From Sporopachydermia quercuum (lineage: Eukaryota): a stretch of 64,000 bases of DNA. Positions 22,068-32,706 of this stretch are shown here, in pieces (position 1 is the first letter of the stretch; the number at the start of each line of letters is the position of its first letter). The position numbers and the translations under genes were made by a program. The notes beneath the pieces were generated by a model, which saw only the letters and a program-made list of their open reading frames with translations, did not search any database and was not told where the DNA came from. The stretch is taken from NCBI GenBank assembly GCA_001599295.1, contig BCGN01000006.1:248001-312000 (forward strand), given 5' to 3'.

Positions 22068-22949
22068 ATGTCTTTATTTTTCAAATCTCCTCTAGATATT
22101 GACATACGTCTTGATAATGAAGAAAGCAGAGAGTTTGTCGATGTCAAATCTGCAAAAGGAAGAAGAGAGAAGTTTCCTCTTTATCTTGATGGTGAGTCGG
22201 TAAAAGGATCGGTAACTATCCGAGTAAAAGATGGTAAAAAGCTTGATCATACGGGCATAAAGGTGCAATTTATTGGTTCTATTGAAATGATTAATGATGC
22301 AACTCAACATGATGATTTCTTATCCTTGGCACAAGAATTGGCTGCCCCAAGTGAATTGAGACATCCTGAGACTTTCCAGTTTGAATTCAAGAACNTCGAA
22401 AAGCAATTCGAAAGCTACAACGGTATAAATGTTAGATTAAGATACTATATAAGAGTGACAGTATCACGACGTGCAACAGATGTTATTCGAGATAAAGATA
22501 TCTGGGTATATTCATATAAGATTCCTCCCGACACTGTTAACTCTGTTAAAATGGATGTTGGTATTGAAGATTGTCTCCACATCGAATTTGAGTATTCAAA
22601 ATCCAGGTACCACTTAAAGGATGTTATTGTTGGTAGAATTTATTTCTTGCTAGTGAGATTAAAGATTAAACATATGGAGTTGTCGATTATACGAAGGGAA
22701 ACGGTTGGAGTGCCACCGAATCAATTGAACGAGTCAGAAACTCTTGTTAGATTTGAAATTATGGACGGAGCGCCTGTTCGTGGTGAAACTATACCTATTA
22801 GATTATTTTTAGGAGGATTTGATCTTACACCTACGTTTAGAGATGTTAACAAGAAGTTTTCCACGAGGACATTTCTATCATTGGTGTTAATTGATGAAGA
22901 TGGAAGAAGGTATTTTAAACAGAGTGAGATTATTCTCTATAGAGAATGA
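22068..22949 (+). CDS. PEP8: Retromer subunit Vps26
   Basis: KMDVGIEDCLHIEFEYSKSRYHLKDVIVGRIYFLLVRLKIKHMEL, FEIMDGAPVRGETIPIRLFL, RRYFKQSEI. Confidence 0.97.
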   Translation: MSLFFKSPLDIDIRLDNEESREFVDVKSAKGRREKFPLYLDGESVKGSVTIRVKDGKKLDHTGIKVQFIGSIEMINDATQHDDFLSLAQELAAPSELRHPETFQFEFKNXEKQFESYNGINVRLRYYIRVTVSRRATDVIRDKDIWVYSYKIPPDTVNSVKMDVGIEDCLHIEFEYSKSRYHLKDVIVGRIYFLLVRLKIKHMELSIIRRETVGVPPNQLNESETLVRFEIMDGAPVRGETIPIRLFLGGFDLTPTFRDVNKKFSTRTFLSLVLIDEDGRRYFKQSEIILYRE

Positions 22950-23640
22950 AAGAATATGAATAGAAAACAAAAGAATGAAAATCGGTGTGAGTTTGTAGGA
23001 ATGGAATTGTAATAAACATATTTGCATGTATGAATGTCTCAGCTTTTATCTCAGATGTAACTGTACGTCATAAGCAAGCATGACTTCATTTACGGTTATT
23101 GATATGATAATAGCTCAGGTATTTGCTGATAAGTAATTATCAATAAGTCGCCGATGATACTTTTCAGTATTCCTAGTAATATTCCTAATCAGTTGCCCGT
23201 ACAATTATTGTTGTGGAGAAAAGCCTTGATTGAAGATTATCTGTGATGCTTACATTAATTGGATCTATTAGATGAAAGACTGGAGTTAGATTTTCTAGCT
23301 GACAGATTTGAGTCATGTAGCAAACTTAACTGTGGTAAATCTGATTTTAATCAGATAACATAATTACTTCTGTTAAACACATATTTTCATTATCACAAGA
23401 AGCAATCTTGCAATGATCATCTGATCAAGAAGCTTTACTACAGAAAAGGGAAAACTCTTGTTCCGTGTCATGTGATCCTGTACAGAATTTTATTACCCTT
23501 TCCCGTAAAGTCATGTGATCTCATACGGGCCTTCGTCACTTGTCAACCCCGAAATATTATACAAACTACTGCTAACGTTATACGCCAGAGTCCTACATAA
23601 CAAGAGTTGATTAATATTAATCATTAGCTATTGACATTAT

Positions 23641-26115
23641 CTATGAAAGCAATCCTGAAATGTTCATATTAACATTATTAGCAGCTTCGTCTTTCTTCAT
23701 AGAGCTGTCAATTCCACTACTTTTCATATTATTATTGTTGTAATTCATGAGAATTGCTGCTGCTTCAACAGCTTCAGCCTCTGTTGCATTCCCTGAACCA
23801 TTTTCTGTTGCAGCTTCAGCTTCAACACTTTTCATTTCCTTATCCTCATCCTTATCCTGAGCCTGATTTTCTTTCCTATTCATATACATATCCTCCTCCT
23901 GTTGACTGCTTTCCACTACAATATCTGTTTCCTGTTTGATGGGAGGCAGCATACTATCGCTTCCAACAGGAGATGCAGAAAAACTATGTCGATGAGAAGG
24001 AATTCCTTGTTTTATGATAGAATTTATATGCGGTAGCTGACAATCAAACGGTTTATCTTGTGTTCCTGTCGTAGGACCTGATATCGAGTATCTTTTGAGT
24101 ATATTAAAGCTTTCAGTTTCATTACTAGTAACACCTCCAGCACCATTACTACTACTATTACTGCTACTAATACTGTTTCCCGCGTTTTTGAAAGCAGGAA
24201 ATAAAACATCTGCACCAGGCAGATTAGAACTGGGGTAATTATACCCTGAACCATTTATTGGTGGGATAGCGAAAGCTGAGGTCCGTCTTGACTGAGGTGT
24301 AATCATCACTGGTGAGCCTCCGTTGCCAGAGTTTGATGTCGATGTAGTACTGAAAATAGAATTCCGCTTTGAACTTGGGTTAGAAAATGTACTGCAACTG
24401 TTGTTATTATTGTTGCTGTAGACTATGCCAGGAAGTTGATGGGTGACATTGAAATTATTGTTATTACCACCAAAACCGTTGTAACTGTTGATTTGATGAT
24501 AAGCGCTAGATGAGCCTGTGGCNTTTGATACTGCGCCTGCGCCTGATTCGTCCAATGAAAAAGAAGGATCCATGCTAATACTGGAGGATCTTCTTGAGGA
24601 AGAATATGCAGAAAACGGTGGAGTAGCAAGCATACTACTAGTAGTTGTAGCATTCAGATTATAACCATGAGTACCGGAAAGCCCTCTTTTATGATTAGCT
24701 AAAGAAAATCCACTGAGATTAAGACCTGTGATGCCACCAGTTGTTGAATGCCTTCTTAAAGGCGGTTCAGCTTCAAAACTATCACCGGGAGTAGTATTGA
24801 GCTTCCTTTTATTGATATTGATGGTGGAAGGTATTAGCGGCGGCAGCTGGGGAATAGCGTTATTGCCAGTGATACGAGAATGAGGATCAATTGAATTTGC
24901 TCCCGTTGAATGGCCGATTGGTATTTTTAAAGCATGGTTTTGTTGGATACTCGGTAGAGTAGTAGCCTTTGGTATGTCTTGGCCTGAAGCAGAGCGCGTT
25001 GATAATAGCATGGGAGATTTTAAAACAGGTTTTGTAGGGTCCGAAGGGTTATTGTTAGAGTTCTGCTTGGCGAAAATGTCGATATTGAACATTGGTTGCG
25101 CAGTGTTCCAATTTCTGGAGTCGGGTTCTGTTCCTGATGCTGGTTGCGGCGGTGGTAGCGGCAGTGTCGTTGTAATTGTGGCTGCTGATGGTATCTTTCC
25201 AGGAGGAAGCGTTCCCAGGTTTCCTTTACCTTGCAAGTAGCTGGTATATGCTACACCTGAAGCAAAACTCGTACTGACACTCCTCCCTTCTCCCATGTAA
25301 GAGGAAACTGGAGGAATATTCAGTGCTAACGACGAACCAGTAGAGGATGTATTAGGTCCTCTATGTTCTGAATACTCCGAATTAGATCCTATTATGCTGA
25401 TACTATTGGTTGCATTAGGTCCATAGCTTTCCAGGCCCTTACCATTCTTCCTGCCAATACCATTCAGTTTTGACACTGAACTACTATGACGATGGCCCTT
25501 AGGCACTGGGCCAGGATTCGTATTACCTACAGAACCAGTAGAATTACTGTTGCTGTTGCTACTACCACCAGTACCAGAAGTAGCCTCTGTCAAGCCTATT
25601 ACACTACTTCTTCTCCTTCTATTGGCACCACCGTTCCACCAATTCTTGACAGTATTATCACTGCGTCCTTGTAAATGTCTTGCAATCTCGGCCCATCTTT
25701 TACCATATCTGGCAACAAGCTGCTCAATCATTGCACCTTCTTCCTCACTGATAGGAGAATGGTTCAAAGTCGGCTTCAAGTTCTGATGATATCTTTCTCT
25801 ACACTGTTTTGCATTTCGAGAACCTAAAGCAGCGGATATTTTAACCCAGTTACTGGCACCAAGGGTCTTAATTAATGTTAGCAGTTTTGAATCCTCCTCT
25901 TGAGACCAGGGGCCTCTTCTTATAGTTGAATTTGAAGGGTTTGAAGGAGATTTCGACTTTATTTTGTCATTAGAGGTGGAGTTTGAGTTAATGGTGCTGA
26001 TAGTTGAGATGCTAGCTGATGATTCCCCACTTGAATTGTTATCGTCTGACCCATTCACACTTGGTTGAACTTTCGGCTGAGAATCCCTTTTTTTGATGAC
26101 AGGTTCATTGTTCAT
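23641..26115 (-). CDS. R2R3 Myb transcription factor (FlbD-like)
   Basis: RRGPWSQEED...NWVKIS...KQCRERYHQNLKPTLNHSPISEEEG...KRWAEIARHLQGRSDNTVKNWWNG, followed by a long Ser/Asn-rich tail. The first ATG is at 26115. Confidence 0.92.
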   Translation of the reverse strand: MNNEPVIKKRDSQPKVQPSVNGSDDNNSSGESSASISTISTINSNSTSNDKIKSKSPSNPSNSTIRRGPWSQEEDSKLLTLIKTLGASNWVKISAALGSRNAKQCRERYHQNLKPTLNHSPISEEEGAMIEQLVARYGKRWAEIARHLQGRSDNTVKNWWNGGANRRRRSSVIGLTEATSGTGGSSNSNSNSTGSVGNTNPGPVPKGHRHSSSVSKLNGIGRKNGKGLESYGPNATNSISIIGSNSEYSEHRGPNTSSTGSSLALNIPPVSSYMGEGRSVSTSFASGVAYTSYLQGKGNLGTLPPGKIPSAATITTTLPLPPPQPASGTEPDSRNWNTAQPMFNIDIFAKQNSNNNPSDPTKPVLKSPMLLSTRSASGQDIPKATTLPSIQQNHALKIPIGHSTGANSIDPHSRITGNNAIPQLPPLIPSTININKRKLNTTPGDSFEAEPPLRRHSTTGGITGLNLSGFSLANHKRGLSGTHGYNLNATTTSSMLATPPFSAYSSSRRSSSISMDPSFSLDESGAGAVSXATGSSSAYHQINSYNGFGGNNNNFNVTHQLPGIVYSNNNNNSCSTFSNPSSKRNSIFSTTSTSNSGNGGSPVMITPQSRRTSAFAIPPINGSGYNYPSSNLPGADVLFPAFKNAGNSISSSNSSSNGAGGVTSNETESFNILKRYSISGPTTGTQDKPFDCQLPHINSIIKQGIPSHRHSFSASPVGSDSMLPPIKQETDIVVESSQQEEDMYMNRKENQAQDKDEDKEMKSVEAEAATENGSGNATEAEAVEAAAILMNYNNNNMKSSGIDSSMKKDEAANNVNMNISGLLS

Positions 26116-28996
26116 TGTCAGGGTGAGAATATAGGATAACAACTACGACTACTATAAAACTAAAATGGTGATGTATGGCGCGATTTGGTGGAAATCGAAA
26201 TATGATACAAATGAGATTTTCCAAGGAGTCGTATGAGATGAATTGAAGACCCCTTCTTGGTGATGGAAATTATCGGTGAATGAAAAAAATGCATATGGTA
26301 GAATTTTCAGAAATTATAGTGAAATAGTTTCATGAAGTAAAGAATTTGACAGGCAAATGATATAAAATGATTGAGGAAAAGAAGAGGATTGAGAAGAAAC
26401 TGGAGGATAGGTTGGCTCTGATTAAGGTTCACTGAGTTGAAACAAAGTTTTATGAGTATGAGGGTCTTTGTAAAATAGCGTGTCAGGGTTTAGTCAAGGT
26501 TAGATGTTTATGGGATTTAGTAACTAGAAAACGAACTAGTCAACTTGGACATAACGGTTTTGAAGAGATGAGGGAAGGAATGGTATTGCTTGACAATAGC
26601 TTTTTTGGTAGGTTGTTTTGCTATATAGTAAATGATAGCATCCTTCAGTTTGTTTTAAAATTATCTANTTTTTAGAAAAAGTTAAATTTTTTATGTAGTG
26701 GCGTAGCAAAGCCACTCTATTGAAAGTCTGCCTTTGCATAGCTACGTACTTAATTATACGAGGCGCTTGATGCAAGACAATTACTTGTCTGATATTGAGG
26801 GGTCTAGCTATCTCAGTTGACAATAACATTAAAGTTATTACCGTTTGTCATAAGCCTTGGTGCCTCTTAAACATGGGTCGAATGGAAGTGTTCACTTGTT
26901 GAAATTTCAAAATAATTAGAAGCTAAATCGAAGAACGTTTTTTCAAATTTGGTATCAACAAGAATTTTCAAAGGTGAAATCAGATTATACTTTTAGTTCG
27001 TCATCGATCTTTCAACTATTTTCCCTCGGTTTATCCTTCGCGAAGCACGTATCAACGTTACGTCTAGTTAGTCAAGTTGACCAACCTGACAAAACTTCAT
27101 TAGTCTGGGATCCTCTCATTCTTGTGTCGCTGAAATGTAGAACCAACTATCCGAAGGCTCTAATAAACTTTAAGGGTTTTGAACTCTATTTCTGATTTGG
27201 GAAATATAACGGAATCATTTTTCTCAAGTTATTTGCTAAGCAGTTGAGAAAGCTACTACTGGTAATTAAGAAACAACTGAGGATTGAGAACAAGAACAAG
27301 AATAGCAACTAGTGGGAATCTTACCAAAAGAGATATTAAGGTTCTTCAGGTGTCGAAAGATATAATAGAACTTGAGAAAACAACATCAGTATAATTCATA
27401 ATTAACTCTTCATTTCAGTCCATTGTAGTACTTTTGACTATAGTTCACCTAAATTATATATCTAAATGATTAGATTTCATGCTAAATATACCAGAGTTTT
27501 TCTCCAAAAACCTCTCAACCTAACCTATATTATATACGATGCGCAGGTCAGTTTACGTAATGATCTATCGGACCCGGTTGATTCTTGTTCAGGTTTCAAT
27601 AGAAGCAGGGAAAGTAAATACTCGGAAAAACATCCCTCACTTTTTGCCGTTGGCTATCGCGGACCAAATATTGAACTTTGAGTTCCAGTTGATGAAACTA
27701 ACTGTGCGTAGACAATTTGGGAAATATTCGTGGTGTTTTTACTATATACGGGGGTATGACAATCTTGTGTCTTGATAACGGTGAGCCAGAAATTTTTCCG
27801 ATAAGATATAAAGTAAAAGGTGTGTGTTTTAATCAATGTAATAAGTGAGACATATATATATAAGGAGCTTCATAGTCTGTATTGAACTGTAAACTTTTAT
27901 TTTCTATTACATTGTCCTAATTCGATACAAGGATCTTTGGTTAGTCCTTTGAACTTTATAATACAAAAGTAATAATATCTTTTTTCATCATTTCAAAAAA
28001 TTGTTGGCGATGATTGCCGTTGCTAGAATGTCTTTGTAATTACTTATTTGGAGAGCTGGCAGAAACATGCATCGACAATGCATAAACTCTATTGTTTTTG
28101 AGCCGTTATCTTTTCGAGAACCTGTTATACAAGTTTAAGCATTACGCATTACGCATTGCGCCGTTGCCCTATAAGAGAAAAAGCATAATCTTAAGATCTC
28201 TTAAAAGAAATATATAAATCGAAGGCTGTCTGTCGTTCTGCCTACAAAGGGGCCGTAGAAGTATGGAAGTAGATACTATCAGAATCTGACAAGAATTATA
28301 TCTTCAGGATTTACCGTTTCCCTAATCATTCTAGCTGCGTCGGTGTTACTAAATATATCATATATATTGCATACTAGTTTAGCCGGTTTCACTACTGATT
28401 ATGAGTGCTATCTCATATGTACGTACACCTCACCTCCTGTTATTCGGATTAGAGTAGATTTATCTTCCTGAAAAAATCTATCTTCTGGACTATGGCAATT
28501 AATCGTTTCTTCCGATCAATTATGCTTATAGCTGTAGACGTTGATTGACATTTATGCTTTCCTAATGAAAAAATCTAAGATAATCCGAAATAGTGAGATT
28601 CAACCCACAAAATGATCTCAAACACGGGTAATTTATTATANTATCTTGTACTATCGTCATACTTTTAAACAATGGAAATAGCTCTTGCACACCTGATCGC
28701 CGAATAAACCCGTGAAATTTGCTTGCTGAATAATGATAATTTCATTTCATTCATGAAACTACTCAAACAGTATTGAGGAATTACAATCTTTTTTTTTTTT
28801 TGGTTGCACTTTGTCTTGGTTTAGATTTTGAACATCAATTAATCGATACTCATTATTATTCACACAACATTTTTAAATCGCTTGCGTAATAAATCCTACT
28901 AAATGTCAAATGCGATTTTCATTTAATTATACGATGACCTGAGTTACCNAGGAGAAATAACCCTACAAACATGACATCTGTGTCAGATTGGGGTAG

Positions 28997-29081
28997 AGTT
29001 GTGAATCGTCTGTAAGAAAGTTAGTAGCAATTTTCCTCCGGAGTATGAGACTGATAACTTTCTTACAGACGATTCACAACT
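28997..29081. repeat. Perfect 27-bp inverted repeat with 31-nt spacer
   Basis: AGTTGTGAATCGTCTGTAAGAAAGTTA (28997-29023) and TAACTTTCTTACAGACGATTCACAACT (29055-29081). Confidence 0.95.
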
Positions 29082-30029
29082 ATCATGTATGATTCTAATA
29101 TACTTTTCTTTGTAATATATATAAATTATCTTTATCTTGTGTAGTGTCTTCTCATGAGATAAAGATAACTTGTCACCACAGATAACGTTAATGTTCAGCT
29201 ATGTCAGATTATCCAAACTTAGTTAAATTCATTAAGTAGCACGGCTATATACAAATTTTAATTATGTGTAAGTCCCCACAACTAATCTTATCTCCTCTGC
29301 TCTATAGAGATATCCTGACTTTTTTATGCGGCCTTAGACATCGTTAACTGTTGTTGGATTCAAATTATGAGGGCTAGACCCTTTGTTATGACATGGGCGA
29401 AGAACACCAAAATGTCAGAAAAATATTTGATGGAGCACAATCCCTCACTACAAATCTATGGCTCATTAGGGCTCAGAAGCTCATTATTTGTTCTTACCCT
29501 CGCATAAAAAGTATACGTCAATAATTTATTCTCCTTTCTGTATTTGATTTGCTATAACAGGTAAGTGTACTAATCTAATTCCATTCACATCCAAACATTC
29601 ATTCCCAGCCGTTCTCATGTGACAAATCTTCCAATTTCTCTCCTGAATGCCCCGTTCGGTGGGACATGTTTTCATTTTCATTTATCTAATCAGAAGTAAA
29701 TACGTATCTCCCGAACCACCTTTCATCACATGACAATTGAGGTTTCTCCAACAAGTCTCCCATAGTAAACTNATTGTCATTCGGATCATCAAGCTACATA
29801 TCTATTAGATTTCCTATCATACGGTAGTCTCATTAATCACTATTTAAGTCAACCAATCTGAACATCAGCATTCTTATAAGCTAAACTAAATATTGTTCTG
29901 ATATTTGTTAGCTGGCGAAAGATCAATTTATTTATATCGTTGTCATCGATTGCATCAAGAGCCACAAAAGCTTCCAGCATCAACTATTTGTCAAATCAGT
30001 CAGTTTGATGAAACATATCATATTATACA

Positions 30030-30659
30030 ATGGAGCTATCAACAATACTATTTTTTGCATTTTTAGCTGTTGCTTTTATCACTGTCAGATTTTTGCTCTC
30101 TCCAGCTTCGGCACCAAACAGAAATTCCTCCAGAAGTTCTGCTAGTGCCACCAGTGTCAGATCAGCTAGAAGTGGCCCCAGCAGTACAATCCGTCATAGA
30201 AGAACTCAAATCACTGACTCAATGATTGAGGTGGTGCAAGCAATTGCTCCAACAGTCCCTGTGGTAGCTATACGTTACGATTTGGAAAAAACAGGCAACG
30301 TAGAACAAACTATCGACAATTACCTTAATAACGGATCCCTACCTCTGCCTCCTGGAGTAAGCGCGGCTGACTCATCTACGTCTTCGGGCTCAAGCTCGAA
30401 CAGAGCTAGTGCCAGTACAGAAAACATATCAGCGGGAGATTTNGTCAGCGCTGCTGCCAGTATGAGGTCAGATAAAACTGCAGATCTGGGACTAGAAGAT
30501 TTAGCAAGTGTAGAGTTACCAAAGATGAAATGGAGCAGTAGCAGGAACGAACGTGAAGAGCAGTTGAGGAACTACCAAAATGCTTTAAGACTAAAAGCAA
30601 AGAAAAGACTGCAAGAGAAATTAGGAAAGCAAGGAAGCAGTGGTGATAAAAGTAGTTAA
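30030..30659 (+). CDS. ER membrane-anchored CUE-domain protein (Cue1/Cue4-like)
   Basis: N-terminal transmembrane segment, ITDSMIEVVQAIAPTVPVVAIRYDLEKTGNVEQTIDNYL (CUE) and a C-terminal WSSSRNERE...KAKKRL helix resembling the Ubc7-binding region. Confidence 0.88.
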   Translation: MELSTILFFAFLAVAFITVRFLLSPASAPNRNSSRSSASATSVRSARSGPSSTIRHRRTQITDSMIEVVQAIAPTVPVVAIRYDLEKTGNVEQTIDNYLNNGSLPLPPGVSAADSSTSSGSSSNRASASTENISAGDXVSAAASMRSDKTADLGLEDLASVELPKMKWSSSRNEREEQLRNYQNALRLKAKKRLQEKLGKQGSSGDKSS

Positions 30660-31612
30660 TAAGAGAGAATCAAAGAGAAAAGATCAATAGATCAAGGCTG
30701 ATAGATAGTGATTAATGATTAGGAGATTATTATAGGTAGAATCAGTAGAGCTGAATCAAGTAGATTAGGAGACAAATGTGTGAGACGAAAGTGTTAGATG
30801 ATGCTACAAGTAAGAAGTCTGAGATAAGAGTCACCTGTTTGGGTGCTTTCGTATTAGATATTTGGCGTCAAAAGTAGTTGTGGGCTGAAGAGAGACGATA
30901 ACTTCAATCCAGCTGTTATTACAATGATCACAACCTCAAAACTGACCCTGCTGAATGCTTTTTTTCGTTGAAAATGAAATCTAATGATGCTGAATCTAAC
31001 TATAATGGCAGTAGCACTAATTGAGACAAGATACAGCAGATGAAATGATTCATTATTGTATACAAATATATCGGGTATGATATATAAACGAAACCANTTG
31101 GTGTCTCAATCATATCNACTCCTCAACAAGNNCATTATATATATATATTCACAATGATGTTTCCTACCTATCTAATAATCAATTCAACTATTTATATCAG
31201 CTGAACTGGGTAAAAATGTAAGCAGCAACAAACTGTAAGTACCAATTAAATCATCGGATAGCAGAAAGTTGAAATTCTTTTATTTAGACTTAAGTATCCT
31301 TACTCTTTAGCACATACTTGTTACCTACTATTTACTGCAAACGACAAAGTACCAAGGATTCGTGGGAATCGAATAGTAATGCGTTCATTCTATAAGCTGT
31401 AGGTACTACCTGGCCGCAGATCTATTAGCCCCCAATGCATTATAAGTACTATGACAAATGTATTATAGATGGATGTGCTTGATTCACATATTCCTATTTT
31501 ATGTTACTATTAGTACCACTGAATGAGGTAAATTAGTATTATGTTCTCTAGTAGTACATCAGTTCCAACTGAGTACCAGCGATAATCTAGTTTCACTATG
31601 CATCTACCGGAA

Positions 31613-31877
31613 CATTCTAGCTTTCAATTCAGCAACAAAAGCACAACCAACTAAATGAGCTGTTCTTCTCTGGCTTATCTAGTATTTAATAAGAGAAAAT
31701 CAAAGCTGGAAGTTGTTTTGGCTACTCCAACACTTGNATTGGTTGTATCTCCGTCGGGATTGACATTCCTTTAAAATTTCACAGCACCTCTTCTTGTTGC
31801 TGCATCATTATCAATACCTGAAGGTGTTCCATGAAGACACTTTCTCCTATAAATGGTCATTCATCAATGAAATCGAG
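31613..31877 (-). pseudogene. Decayed fragment of mevalonate kinase (ERG12-like)
   Basis: The minus strand reads LDFIDE*PFIGE / (frameshift) KCLHGTPSGIDNDAATRRGAVKF* ... FLLLNTR* / RRTAHLVG...VAELKARM. This is colinear with the fungal Erg12 WAFIGEKCIHGTPSGIDNAVAT region and carries stops and indels. Confidence 0.75.
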
Positions 31878-32706
31878 GCTCAAATTGCGTTGGCTGTGTC
31901 ATTACCAATTTTTACAGCTGCATAAATTAGTAGTTATTTGCATAAATCAGTAACACCANAAGCTCATATATCCACTCATTTATTCGGGTGCAACGTGATC
32001 CCATGACCGTTGTTAATCCGCTGTGAAACAATACGTGTTTTATTCACCACTAAATATTCAGCTTGCAGTCTTCTTTCGATCTGTTTTTTACTGCTTCTAA
32101 CTCTAGGATAACAACTCTTCTGTCACCACCGAGAGCTACTAGAATAGATTTCCTTTATTTTAAGACCCAGCAAACCCTTCCACCTAGATAATCATCGACA
32201 TCCAACTAAGAATATTTTTCTAATGTCTTTTTACTGATCTTTAGGGATCAGATCATCTTCTCTATCAGCCATTTCTTTCGGTGATCAACGAATCAGAACT
32301 AGAAAAATTCCCAGGATATACTTACCGAATTGAATCATATGATAATCAATAATGCAAACGATATATCGTTAGCTGTAGTCTTAATGAACGTTTTTTTTGT
32401 GTTTGACCANATCATACAACGAATTTCTTGTAATTTGTTCCTATTATTCATAGGAAGAAACTAGCATGACAATGGATATTTCTATTGGTGAAGCCACGGT
32501 GCCCTGAACAAACTGAACATAATTGAAGGTTGAAAACAAGAGCGACGGTATTAACGCGTGATAATTGTAATGATAGGAGGAATTACCGGTAATAAAACGG
32601 TTGTATACAATAGTAATAGTGTGTGCTGTAGTAACATAGTGAAAGAGCATTAATTATTATATCTTTTGTCATTTCCTTGTCATCTATCATTTATTTGTCA
32701 TCTCTC

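Noticed and set aside
23467..23640. CDEI-like RTCACRTG as a point centromere
   Set aside because: No very AT-rich CDEII or CDEIII follows, and the inferred lineage is not expected to have point centromeres.
32318..32330. U1 snRNA-like 5' end ATACTTACC
   Set aside because: The match stops after 9 nt, with no U1 stem-loops or Sm site recognisable.
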